A stretch of 64,000 nt of DNA from Myxococcota bacterium (GTDB lineage Bacteria; Myxococcota_A; UBA9160; PR03): positions 1 to 64,000 of the forward strand of contig JBFIML010000008.1 of assembly GCA_041611735.1 (NCBI GenBank), written 5' to 3'. This document shows positions 26,673-38,992 of this stretch, piece by piece. Within the stretch, counting starts at the first letter, position 1, and each line of letters begins with the position of its first letter. Below the pieces are notes generated by a model that saw nothing but the letters and a program-made list of their open reading frames with translations, ran no database searches and was not told the origin of the DNA. The position numbers and the translations under genes were made by a program.

Positions 26673-27349
26673 ACATCTACGCCCCCCTCGAACACGCGGT
26701 TCAGATTCCGTGGATGATCCAGGCTGCCTTCCTGGCCGGTCTTCTGCTCGTGGCTTGCGGCTGGCTGGTGCGGCGGCAGCTGGCCGCGGCCGCCGGCGGG
26801 CTCGTGCCGGACCGGGGTGTCACGCTCCGCAACGCCCTCGAGGTGGTCGTCGAGGCCCTCTCCTTCATCGCCCGCGACAACATGGGGCCGGACTACCGGC
26901 GCTGGTTCCCGGTGGTGGGGGCCATGTTCTTCTTCATCCTGTTCTCGAACCTGCTCGGGCTCGTCCCGTTCCTGGATGGCGCCACCAGCGACGTGAACAC
27001 GGGTGCGGCCTGGGCCATCATCTCCTTCGTCACCTACAACTACGTGGGTCTTCGGGCCCATGGGGCCAAGTACGTCAAGCAGTTCATGGGTCCGATCCCG
27101 GCGCTGGCACCGGTGTTCCTGATCCTGGAGCCGCCGCTCCACGTGGCCCGCATGGTCACGCTCACCATCCGCCTGCTGGCGAACATGTTCGCCGACCACA
27201 CCATCATCGCGGTGTGGCTCGTGCTGGTGCCCTTCCTGGTTCCGGCACTCTTCATGGGCCTCGGGCTCGTGATCGCAGTGCTCCAGGCCTTCGTCTTCAC
27301 CCTGCTCACCATGGTCTACATCGGGCTCGCTCTCGAGGAGGAGCACTGA
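26669..27349 (+). CDS. atpB: ATP synthase F0 subunit a
   Basis: FILFSNLLGLVP, TLTIRLLANMFADH (essential Arg), LQAFVFTLLTMVYI; GTG overlaps the atpI stop. Confidence 0.95.
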   Translation: MNIYAPLEHAVQIPWMIQAAFLAGLLLVACGWLVRRQLAAAAGGLVPDRGVTLRNALEVVVEALSFIARDNMGPDYRRWFPVVGAMFFFILFSNLLGLVPFLDGATSDVNTGAAWAIISFVTYNYVGLRAHGAKYVKQFMGPIPALAPVFLILEPPLHVARMVTLTIRLLANMFADHTIIAVWLVLVPFLVPALFMGLGLVIAVLQAFVFTLLTMVYIGLALEEEH

Positions 27350-27389
27350 GCCCGGTACGCTCCCATCCACCCAAGCCAAGGAGAGATCC

Positions 27390-27716
27390 ATGATCCGAAG
27401 ACTCGGGAAGCTCGCGCTCTGGACCCTCGCGATCGTCTTGCTGCCGGAGGTTGCGCTTGCCGCGGAAGGCGAGGCGACCACGGGCTGGACCTACTTCGGC
27501 TACGCGCTCGGGGCGGGGATCGCCGCGGGGTTCGCGGGGCTCGGGTGCGGCATCGGCCAGGGGCTCACGGCGGGAAACACCACGGCGGGCATCGCGCGCA
27601 ACCCGGGCGCGGCGGGCGCCATGAACACGCCCTTCATCCTCGGGATGGTGCTGATCGAGTCCATCGCGATCTACGGCCTGCTGATCGGCATCCTGCTCTG
27701 GCTGAAGCTTCCCTGA
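27390..27716 (+). CDS. atpE: ATP synthase F0 subunit c with signal-like N-terminal extension
   Basis: GxGxGQG helix, ARNP loop, IESIAIY with the conserved carboxylate. Confidence 0.96.
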   Translation: MIRRLGKLALWTLAIVLLPEVALAAEGEATTGWTYFGYALGAGIAAGFAGLGCGIGQGLTAGNTTAGIARNPGAAGAMNTPFILGMVLIESIAIYGLLIGILLWLKLP

Positions 27717-27730
27717 AGCACGAGGTCCGG

Positions 27731-27763
27731 GCGCCGTGCCCCCGGCGGCCGGGGGCGCGGCGC
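27731..27763 (+). terminator. GC-rich hairpin after atpE (likely terminator)
   Basis: GCGCCGTGCCCCCGGC-G-GCCGGGGGCGCGGCGC, one G-U pair; no clear U-tract. Confidence 0.55.
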
Positions 27764-28029
27764 GCTCCCGGGACGCGCGTACGGAGGGACGCCGGACGGG
27801 AGCTCGACGCGGGCCTCACCCCGTTGTTTGTTCCCACGCCGATTCCTGTGCGCCCGCCCGACGCCCCTCCTCCCGCCGGCCCCCGGTCCCGTAAGAGGGG
27901 CTTGGGCGGGAAGCGCTCGCAGACGCCGATTTCCTCTTGGAGCAAGGCGCGTGCCGGACCGGCCCGGCGCGTGGCGGGCTCCCGGGGCGCCCGGGCCGCG
28001 GGCGGTGAACCCGGGTTCGCGCCGACCCC

Positions 28030-28641
28030 GTGAAGCGCGGTTGGCTGATCGCCTTCGAAGGCGTGGACGGCTGCGGCAAGAGCACCCAGCTGGTGGCGCT
28101 GGCCGAGACGCTGCGCGCGGGCGGCCACGACGTGCTCGAGACCCGCGAGCCCACCGACGGCCCCTTCGGCCGGCGCATCCGGGCGATGGCCCGGGGTGCC
28201 GATCGCGTGCCCGCCGAGGAGGAGCTGGGTTGGTTCGTAGCGGATCGACGCGAGCACGTGCGCGACACGATCCGGCCAGCCCTGGTGGCCGGCCGCGTGG
28301 TGCTGACCGACCGCTACTACCTCTCCACCGTGGCGTACCAGGGCGCCCGGGGCCTCGACCCCGCCCGTCTGCTGGCCGAGAGCGAGGCCGAGTTTCCCGA
28401 ACCGGACTTGGCACTCCTGCTCGACATCGACCCGGACCTCGGCCTGGAGCGCGTGCGAGGCCGCGGGGGGAGCGTCGAGCCCGCCTTCGAGGACGCGGAC
28501 TACCTGAGCCGGGTGGCGGCGATCTTCCGGGGACTCGCCTGCGCCTATCTGGAGCGCGTCGATGCGGGTGCGGACCCCAGCGCCGTCCGCCGCGCCATCC
28601 TCACCGGCGTCCGCCGCCGCCTCGGGGACCTTCTCGACTGA
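28030..28641 (+). CDS. tmk: Thymidylate kinase
   Basis: FEGVDGCGKSTQ, TREP, LTDRYYLSTVAYQG, PDL. Confidence 0.96.
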   Translation: MKRGWLIAFEGVDGCGKSTQLVALAETLRAGGHDVLETREPTDGPFGRRIRAMARGADRVPAEEELGWFVADRREHVRDTIRPALVAGRVVLTDRYYLSTVAYQGARGLDPARLLAESEAEFPEPDLALLLDIDPDLGLERVRGRGGSVEPAFEDADYLSRVAAIFRGLACAYLERVDAGADPSAVRRAILTGVRRRLGDLLD

Positions 28642-28643
28642 TC

Positions 28644-28707
28644 GACTTCTCGGACCCTCTGCGCCTCCCGCGGGACCGTCCGCGTCTCCCGCGGGGCCCG
28701 AGAAGTC
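28644..28707. terminator. Inverted repeat between the convergent tmk and CPBP genes
   Basis: GACTTCTCGG ... CCGAGAAGTC arms enclosing two CTCCCGCGGG copies. Confidence 0.45.
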
Positions 28708-28713
28708 AATGAG

Positions 28714-29564
28714 TCAAGAACGTCCCCGGAGCAGCCCGAGGCCGAGGGCGACCGAGGCGGCCGACGCCACGAGCCACGCCGCCGGGACATGGGCGCCGGG
28801 GGCGTTGAGGCCGGCGACGGGGAAGCGCTCGCCCAGCGCCAGCGCCGCGGTGGCGAGCGCGTTCAGGGCGCCGTGGAGCAGGATCGGGGCCAGCAGCGAG
28901 CCGGTGACGGCCCGCGCGACGCCCAGCACGACGCCCGTCGCGAAGCCCGCCGTGGCCACGGCGAGCCAGGCCTGCGCCGAGATCCCGGGGCCCCCGTGCC
29001 CGACGCCGAACAGGACGGCAGTCAGCACGACCCCCGCGACGGCCCCATGCCGCGCCACCAGCCCCTGCTGGATCACGCCCCGGAACAGCCATTCCTCGGC
29101 GATCGGCGCCAGGCCCGCCACCACGATGAGGGTCTCGGTGAGCGCGAGGGGCGTGCCCGTCGCCACGCGCTCCCGGGTCCGCTCGGCGATCTCGTGCGCG
29201 TCGGGGGGCGGAGCGACTTCGCGCAGCAGGTTGTCCACCTCGCTGGTGAGCACCAGCGTCGGCAGGAGGAGCAGCAGCGGGAGCCCCCGACGCAGGGGAA
29301 AGCCCCGCAGGCCGAGCCGCTCGGCCTGGGGCGGCAGCACCCGGGAGGCGCCCAGCAGCGCCACCCCGCCGACGCCCAGGGTGATCGCGATCCCGAGGGC
29401 GGCCGTGGGAGTGGTGAAGGGGAGCGCCAGGGACGCCACCAGGGGCACGCTGATCCAGGCCAGCCCGGTGAACAGTGCCGACTCGATCAGGCCCGGCGGC
29501 GGCGGCGCCTCGGGCGGGAGCGACCCATGCCCGGACTCCGGCTCGCAGGACCCCGGCTCGGGCG

Positions 29565-29568
<4 letters not shown>
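28714..29568 (-). CDS. CPBP (CAAX protease/Abi) family intramembrane metalloprotease
   Basis: APIAEEWLFRG, LFGVGH, ILLHGALN; TTG start overlaps the uvrA stop (approximate). Confidence 0.85.
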
Positions 29569-32407
<2,839 letters not shown>

Positions 32408-32411
<4 letters not shown>

Positions 32412-33427
32412 GGGGTGGGCGGAGGCGGCGCTCCGCCGGAGCGCGGCTCGCCGAGCCGGGCCGCCTCGGCGAAGATGCCCTTGCGCTCCACGTAGGTCCG
32501 TTCCCGGAGCTTCTCCACGAAGCGCATGTACTCCTCGGCGAAGCGTTCCTCGAAGATCTGGGCCCGGAGCTGGGACCGCGCCGCCTCGTAGGTGACCGGG
32601 TTCGCCTGGCGCCGCGCCACGAGCTCGAGCAGATTGCAGCCGAACGGCGTCTCGATCGGTTGGGAGACCTGGCCGGCGGACAGCTCGGCCACGGCGGGCG
32701 CCATCCATCCGGCCAGGTCCGCGGCGTGGACCCAGCCCAAGTCGCCCCCGGTTGCCAGGCCCGCCCCGGCGAGCTCCGCACCGATCTGCTGGAACGTCCC
32801 GACGTCCCCCATGCGTGCCCGCGCCCGTTGCGCCTCCTGGCAGGCGGCGTCGAGCGCCGCCTGGCCCTTGCCCCGCGGCGCGATCACCAGGTGGCGCAGG
32901 TGGACCTCTTCGCCTTCGTTGCGCTGCTCCCCGAAGCGGGTCCGATAGAGGCGCCGCAGCTCCGCCTCGTCCACGCGCACGCGGCTCTGCACCATGCTGC
33001 CGAGCACCTTCTGGTGCACGATCTGCTCCGCCAGCTGGCCCCGGTAGGCATCGAAGGGCAGCCCCTGGGCCTCGACGCTGGCGCGCACCTGCTCGGGGCT
33101 CAGGCCGTTCTCGCTACCGATGGCGGCGATCGCCTGGTCGATCTCCGCGTCGCTGGCCTCGATCTCCGCACGCCGGGCGAGCTGTCCGATCAGGCGACGC
33201 TCGATCAGCCGCTCGAGGGCCTCCGCCCGGACCTTGACGATCTCCGCGTCGGGCACGCCGACCTGGCGCATCTCGGCCTCGACCGGGGCTACCAGCCGCT
33301 CCACGTCCGAGAGGAGAACCACGTCCGAACCCACCTGGGCCGCGATGCCGTCCGCCAGCTCTTCGGCCTGCCCCACGGGCACGAGGACGATCAGGGCGGC
33401 CAGCAGGGTCGGGAAGGCCTGGCGCAT
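32408..33427 (-). CDS. surA: SurA-like periplasmic chaperone / PpiC-type PPIase
   Basis: Signal peptide, SurA_N ([16 protein letters not shown]), [23 protein letters not shown]. Confidence 0.82.
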
Positions 33428-33553
33428 GGCGGTCCTCCGGAGCGGGGCGTGGGAGCGCGCGTCGCCGCGCGCAGCCCGGGAGGATACCGCGGCCCGCTCG
33501 GGTAGGCTGGGCGATGGGGCGGGTGCGGGCCGCCGCGCCCGACGGAGGGCAGC

Positions 33554-33808
33554 GTGGGGAGCTTCCGGGTCGAGTCGGAGCGGGACGCTACCGGAAGCCT
33601 CGTTCCGCGCCGGGTGGGCCGGGCGGGATGCGTCCAGCGCATCGTCGAGGTCCTCGATCGCTGGCCGGGGGCGAACTACGTCTACTTCCGCGTGCGCACG
33701 GAGACCGGAGACGTGCTGATCCTGCGCCGGGAGGAGGGCGAAGAGGCAGCCCGGGGCTGGGAGCTCGTCTTCTTCGAGCGGGCCGGCGCCGGGCCCGGGG
33801 AAGCTTAG
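33554..33808 (+). CDS. Small hypothetical protein (DUF6504-like)
   Basis: GGAGG RBS; IVEVLDRW...YFRVRTETGDVLILRR...WEL pattern; fills the gap between surA and the next gene. Confidence 0.6.
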   Translation: MGSFRVESERDATGSLVPRRVGRAGCVQRIVEVLDRWPGANYVYFRVRTETGDVLILRREEGEEAARGWELVFFERAGAGPGEA

Positions 33809-34620
33809 GGCATCACCTCGACGCCGTTGTACCAGAGCTGCACCTCGGAGCCCTCCCAGGCCCAGACGGTGATCGCCTGCTCGGAGCTCTCCACCACGAG
33901 CTCGCCCGCCTCGGGACCGCTGGCCGAGACCTCGAAGGTCGCGCCCGGCGCCATGTCGTACTCCTCCGCCCAGGGCTCGAGGGCGAAGATCACGTCCGTG
34001 GCGTGGGAGTTCTCGACCAGCAGGGAGACCTCCACCGGCTCGGACTCCGGGGCCTCCTCCGTCTTCGCCTCCGCCGTGGTGGCTTCTGCGTCGCCCGCGG
34101 CTTCGGCCGCGGGATCGCCGTAGTCGACGCGCCGCAGCTCGGCGCCGTTCTGGTCCCAGAAGGTCCAGACGCCGGCCTTGAAGCCCTCCCGGTACTCGCC
34201 GCTCGACTGGGCGGGCCCGCTGTCCCAGTGGAAGGTCCAGCGTCCGTGCCGCTGTCCGTCTTCGTAGCTGCCCGACTCCACCACGTCCCCGGCGCGCTCC
34301 TTGCGCCAGGGCCCGTGCTGCAGGCGACCTCCGTCGGGGCCTGTGCGCACGCACCAGCGCATCACCGTGTCGATGAAGGGAAGGGCGAGCTCGGCCGGCT
34401 CGGTCTGGTCGGGACAGCGCAGCGCGCCGTACTCCTCGCTGCTGCCTGCGGCCGGCGCAGGCGCCTCGCCGCTCTCCGGCCTCGCCGCAGCGGTCCTGGC
34501 CGCAACGGCGGCGGCCGCATCCGGCTCGGACCGCTGGACCCCGCGCTCCGCGCGCTCCGAGCAGGCCAGCGTGACGAGCAGGGCGGCCGGCACCACCCGT
34601 GCCCAGCGTGCGGTCTTCAT
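33805..34620 (-). CDS. Lipoprotein with MORN-variant (YwqK-like) repeats and an extra C-terminal domain
   Basis: Lipobox TLAC; repeats GSYEDGQRHGRWTFHWDSG / GEYREGFKAGVWTFWDQNG; GGAGG RBS. Confidence 0.7.
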   Translation of the reverse strand: MKTARWARVVPAALLVTLACSERAERGVQRSEPDAAAAVAARTAAARPESGEAPAPAAGSSEEYGALRCPDQTEPAELALPFIDTVMRWCVRTGPDGGRLQHGPWRKERAGDVVESGSYEDGQRHGRWTFHWDSGPAQSSGEYREGFKAGVWTFWDQNGAELRRVDYGDPAAEAAGDAEATTAEAKTEEAPESEPVEVSLLVENSHATDVIFALEPWAEEYDMAPGATFEVSASGPEAGELVVESSEQAITVWAWEGSEVQLWYNGVEVMP

Positions 34621-34671
34621 GGCTCGACCTCCCCCCAAAGAGCAGCCCGGGTTGCGTCGCTCCTCGGGATC

Positions 34672-37600
34672 CTACCCGGGATCGGTGTCGAGGGGAGCAG
34701 GCTTGAGGGGCTGCTCTGCACCCAGGCGCCCCAGCAGTCGCCGCGCCGTGTCGAAGCAGGCCGAAACGCCGGCGTGGGGCGGAAGCGGAGCGTAGAGACG
34801 ATGATCGGGGGTGACGCGCAGGCCGAGCCCCGCTTGTGTGAGCAGGCTCACCAACCGCTCCGGGTCCACGCGTGCGCGTTCGCTCAGCGTGACCACCAGC
34901 TCGCCGTTGGCCACGTCCAGGGCCCGGGCCCCCAGCCGCCGCGCCAGGATCTTGAGCCGGATCACCTCGAGCAGGTTCTCCGCCGGCGCCGGCAGCGGGC
35001 CGAAGCGGTCCAGGATCTCGTCCCGGATGCGATCCACGTCGGCCCGGTCGGGCGCACTGGCCAGGCGCTTGTACAGCACGAGGCGCTGGCTCACGTCCGG
35101 GACGTAGTCCTCCGGGAGGCGCGCCGGGACCGGGAGCCGGATCTCGGGATCCACCTCCACCTCGCGCACGTGCCCCCGCAGCTCCTCCACGGTCTCCTCG
35201 AGCATCTCCATGTACGTCTCGTAGCCCACCGCAGCCAGACAGCCCGATTGCTCCGCCCCGAGCAGGTTCCCCGCCCCGCGGATCTCCAGGTCCATGCTGG
35301 CCAGCCGGAAGCCGCTGCCGAGCTCCGTGAACTCCTGGAGGGCCTCCAGGCGGCGCTTCGCGTCGCTGGCCAGCGCGTCCTCGCCCGGGACCAGCAGATA
35401 GGCATAGGCCCGGTGGCGGCTGCGACCGACCCGGCCCCGCAGCTGGTAGAGCTGGGCCAGGCCGAAGGCGTCGGCCCGGTTGATCAGGATCGTATTGGCG
35501 CGCGGGATGTCGAGCCCGCTCTCGATGATGCTGGTGCAGAGCAGCAGCTCCGCCCCGCCGTGCCAGAAGGCGAGCATGCGCTCCTCGAGCTCGCGGTCGC
35601 GCATCTGTCCGTGGGCGACGATGAACTTGACCTCCGGCACGATGCGGGACAGGAGCTCTGCCATGCTGCCGATGGTCTGAACGCGGTTGTGCACGAAGAA
35701 GACCTGGCCGCCGCGACGGACTTCGCGCAGGATCGCCTCGCGGATCAACGGCTCCGAGAAGCGGCAGACCTGGGTGCGGATGGCGAAGCGGTCCGCCGGC
35801 GGGGTGTTGATGACCGAGAGATCGCGCAGGCCCGTGAAGGCCAGCTGGAGCGTGCGCGGGATGGGTGTGGCCGTCAAGGTGAGCACGTCCACGGTCTTGC
35901 GGAGCTGCTTGATGCGTTCCTTGTGGGCCACGCCGAAGCGGTGCTCCTCGTCGACCACCAGGAGCCCCAGGTCCCGGAAGCGTACGTTCTTCTGCAGCAG
36001 CTTGTGGGTGCCGATCACGACGTCCACGGAGCCGCTCAGGAGCCCTTCCAGCACCGCCTGGGTCTCCTTGGGCGACTGGAAGCGGGAGAGCGACTCGATG
36101 CGCACCGGGTAGCCCTCGAAGCGCTTGCGGAAGTTCTCCTCGTGCTGCTGGCACAGCACCGTGGTGGGCACGAGCACGGCCGCTTGCTTGCCGTCCAGAA
36201 CCACCCGGAAGGCGGCCCGCACCGCCACCTCCGTCTTGCCGAAGCCCACGTCCCCGCACACCAGGCGATCCATGGGTTTGGGCTTCTGGAGGTCCGCGAG
36301 CACGTCCTCGATGGCCGCTTCCTGGTCCGGGGTCTCCTCGTAGGGGAAGGCCGCCTCGAACTCCTCCAGCATGCGGTCGCGCGGCGCGAATGCGTGGCCC
36401 GAGGCCACCTCCCGGGCGGCGTGCACCGCCAGCAGCTGTTCGGCCATGTCGCGCAGCTGCTTGCGCACCTGGCCCCGGGCCTTGTTCCAGGTGGAGCCGC
36501 CCATCTTGTCGATGCGCGGAACGTGGCCGTCGGCCCCCACGTAGCGCTGGATCAGGTTGAGACGGTGGACGGGAAGGAAGAGCCGGTCGCCCCCCGCGTA
36601 CTCCAGGCGCAGGAACTCGCCTTCCACGCGCCCGACCTCGAGCTTCACGAGGCCCCGGTAGACGCCGATCCCGTGCTCCGCATGCACCAGGGCGTCCCCG
36701 GGCTTGAGCTGGGCCAGGGCCTCGATGGCCGTGGCGTCGCGCGGGCTGGCCCGGAGGCGGCGGCGCTCCCGCGGCCCGAAGATCTCCTCCTCCGTGAGCA
36801 CGATCAGGCGCTCGAGGGGGAAGCGGAAGCCCTCCGCGAACGGGGCGACCCGCACCTCGATGCGGCCGGGGGCGGACCAGCGCCAGGCGGGGCGTCGGTC
36901 GGTGGCGGTCCGCGCCTCGAGGCCGTACTCCCCGAGCAGCGTGCGCAGACGCTCGGCCCCGGAGAGGGCCGCGGCCACCAGCACGACGCGCCAGCCCTCC
37001 TCGATCCAGCTGGCGAGGCGCGTCACCAGGGGTTCGAGGGCGGCGTCGCTGCTGCGCGCCTTCACCAGCTCCCGGCGCAGCTCGTCGTGACCGTAGGTAC
37101 GCAGGGCCCAGCGTGCGCCGTGCGCGGCCACGTCCAGCCGTTCCAGCGCCACGGCCCGGCGCGCCTCGAGCTCTGCGAAGATCGCCTCGGGAGCGTCCAG
37201 CAGCTCCCCCGGCGGGCACACCGGCCGCGCGCCCTCGCGCGCCGCGTCGAAGTGGTGGTACGCCTCCTTCACGTAGTGCACCAGGCGTTCGCGGCCGGCG
37301 TCCGGGTCCTCCATCACCACGAGGGTGTCCTCGGGCAGGTGGTCGAAGACCCGCTCCAGGGCCGGCTGCAGCAGGGCGGCGAGGGCCTCCACGCCCGGCG
37401 GCAGGTGCCCACGCAGGAGGGCGTCGACCAGCGCGTCCACCGCGGCGGACGGGACGCCCTGGCTGCGGGCCAGCTCGCGCAGGGCGTCGGCGCGCTCGAT
37501 CACCAGGGAGCGGTCGAGCAGGAGCTCCCGGGGCGGCGGAGCGACGGCATGGGTCAGACGTCCCTGGGAGCGTTGGCTGGCGGGGTCGAACTCGCGGATC

Positions 37601-38229
37601 GACTCGACCTCGTCACCCAGCAGCTCGACGCGCAGGGGTCGCGGCCGGTGCGGCGGGAAGAGGTCCACGATGCCACCGCGCACCGCCAGCTCGCCCGGCT
37701 CCTCCACGAGCGGCATGCGCGCGTAGCCGGCCGCCAGCAGCCGCTCGACCAGGGCGTCGCGATCGATGGTCTGGCCCACCTCCAGGTGCACCACCCGGGC
37801 GCGCAGGGCGTCCCGGCTGGGAATGCGCAGGGCGAGTGCCGTCCAGGGCGCCACCACGATCGGGCCCTCGCTGCGCGCTTCGCTGGCCAGCCAGCGATAC
37901 AGGACGTCCATGCGCTGGGCGATCACCGTCGGCTGGGGCGAGAAGCGCTCGTAGGGCAGCGTGTCGTGGCGTGGGAAGGGGACCAGAAGGCCGTTCGCCT
38001 CCCGGGCGGGCTCGCCCAGGGCGCTGCGCAGGTCCTCCAGCAGGGCGTCGGCGGCCTTGGCGTGAGCCGCCAGGAAGAGGACCGGCCGACCGGGGTGGGC
38101 CTCGATCAGGCGTGCGCCCACCAGGGCACGCGCGGCGCCCCGCAGGCCGGTGAGCCGCACCGGGCCACGGCGCTTGCGGACGCGCTCGAGGACGTCCTCC
38201 AACGTGCTGGCGGGCTCTTGCTGGGGCAT
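34672..38229 (-). CDS. mfd: Transcription-repair coupling factor
   Basis: UvrB-homology region, VHAEHGIG (RID), CGDVGFGKTE, DEEHRFG, TATPIPRT, QLRGRVGR, TRCF C-terminus. Confidence 0.98.
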   Translation of the reverse strand: MPQQEPASTLEDVLERVRKRRGPVRLTGLRGAARALVGARLIEAHPGRPVLFLAAHAKAADALLEDLRSALGEPAREANGLLVPFPRHDTLPYERFSPQPTVIAQRMDVLYRWLASEARSEGPIVVAPWTALALRIPSRDALRARVVHLEVGQTIDRDALVERLLAAGYARMPLVEEPGELAVRGGIVDLFPPHRPRPLRVELLGDEVESIREFDPASQRSQGRLTHAVAPPPRELLLDRSLVIERADALRELARSQGVPSAAVDALVDALLRGHLPPGVEALAALLQPALERVFDHLPEDTLVVMEDPDAGRERLVHYVKEAYHHFDAAREGARPVCPPGELLDAPEAIFAELEARRAVALERLDVAAHGARWALRTYGHDELRRELVKARSSDAALEPLVTRLASWIEEGWRVVLVAAALSGAERLRTLLGEYGLEARTATDRRPAWRWSAPGRIEVRVAPFAEGFRFPLERLIVLTEEEIFGPRERRRLRASPRDATAIEALAQLKPGDALVHAEHGIGVYRGLVKLEVGRVEGEFLRLEYAGGDRLFLPVHRLNLIQRYVGADGHVPRIDKMGGSTWNKARGQVRKQLRDMAEQLLAVHAAREVASGHAFAPRDRMLEEFEAAFPYEETPDQEAAIEDVLADLQKPKPMDRLVCGDVGFGKTEVAVRAAFRVVLDGKQAAVLVPTTVLCQQHEENFRKRFEGYPVRIESLSRFQSPKETQAVLEGLLSGSVDVVIGTHKLLQKNVRFRDLGLLVVDEEHRFGVAHKERIKQLRKTVDVLTLTATPIPRTLQLAFTGLRDLSVINTPPADRFAIRTQVCRFSEPLIREAILREVRRGGQVFFVHNRVQTIGSMAELLSRIVPEVKFIVAHGQMRDRELEERMLAFWHGGAELLLCTSIIESGLDIPRANTILINRADAFGLAQLYQLRGRVGRSRHRAYAYLLVPGEDALASDAKRRLEALQEFTELGSGFRLASMDLEIRGAGNLLGAEQSGCLAAVGYETYMEMLEETVEELRGHVREVEVDPEIRLPVPARLPEDYVPDVSQRLVLYKRLASAPDRADVDRIRDEILDRFGPLPAPAENLLEVIRLKILARRLGARALDVANGELVVTLSERARVDPERLVSLLTQAGLGLRVTPDHRLYAPLPPHAGVSACFDTARRLLGRLGAEQPLKPAPLDTDPG

Positions 38230-38355
38230 CTCCGGACACGAAGACCCCTCGCCCCCGTCGCCGGGGGGAGGGGTTGCCTTCGGGGTCCCAGTGTAGCGAC
38301 TGGTGGGCCGCCGCTCCGGTCGGCCGCGTCGTGCGAGGCCGAGTTGGGGGCGCCG

Positions 38356-38565
38356 CTAGCCCTCGAACTTGAAGGAGAGCTTCACCCTGGCCCGGTACGC
38401 GATCACCTTGCCGCCGTCGAGCTGCAGGTCCAGCTTGGAGATCTCGGCAATGCGCAGGTCCCTCAGGGACTTCGAGGCCTGCTGCACCGCGGCCTGGGCC
38501 GCCTTCTCCCAGGAATCCGTGCTCGTACCCACCAGCTCGATGATCTTGTAGACGCTCTCTGCCAT
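38356..38565 (-). CDS. Dodecin-family flavin-binding protein
   Basis: MAESVYKIIELVGTSTDSWEKAA...LRDLR...YRARVKLSFK. Confidence 0.9.
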   Translation of the reverse strand: MAESVYKIIELVGTSTDSWEKAAQAAVQQASKSLRDLRIAEISKLDLQLDGGKVIAYRARVKLSFKFEG

Positions 38566-38674
38566 CGTGGTCTCCCTCGCGGTCGCGGGCGGTGTCGGGT
38601 CCACCCCGCGGTTCTCGAATCCGCACCGATCCTACTTCGGCGCATGGCTGCGAACCAAGGGAAATCCGCGGGGC

Positions 38675-38992
38675 TCACGGACTGCGCGGAGTGATCTCGG
38701 TGACTCGATAGCGGCCGTCCGCGTACTCCACGCGGAAGTCCACCGGGTCGCCGGGTGCCAGGCCTTCGAGCTGGGCGGGGTCGACGACCTCGAAACCCAT
38801 GGTCATGGCCTTCATCACGCCGGGGATGTCCCCGTGCTGCAGCACCACCCTTCCCTCCTGCGCCTGCACTTCGCGCACCACGCCCTGCCCCTGTCCGGTC
38901 CGGGAGTCGCCGCCGCAGCCGGCGGCCGCCAGGCCCAGGGTGAGGACGAGCGCCAGGGCCGCGCCCCCGAGACGCACTCCGAATCCGCTCAT
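38675..38992 (-). CDS. cusF: CusF-like periplasmic Cu(I)/Ag(I) metallochaperone (lipoprotein)
   Basis: Lipobox AAGC; HGDIPGVMKAMTMGF His/Met site; overlaps the cusA stop. Confidence 0.82.
   Translation of the reverse strand: MSGFGVRLGGAALALVLTLGLAAAGCGGDSRTGQGQGVVREVQAQEGRVVLQHGDIPGVMKAMTMGFEVVDPAQLEGLAPGDPVDFRVEYADGRYRVTEITPRSP

Noticed and set aside
33514-38694. 1726-aa plus-strand ORF, and similar long ORFs such as 18183-21947, 29475-32495, 39313-42531 and 60483-63761
   Set aside because: Antisense shadows of real genes (mfd, gyrA, uvrA, cusA, ltp3/fadD19), caused by stop-codon scarcity at very high GC; no recognisable motifs.
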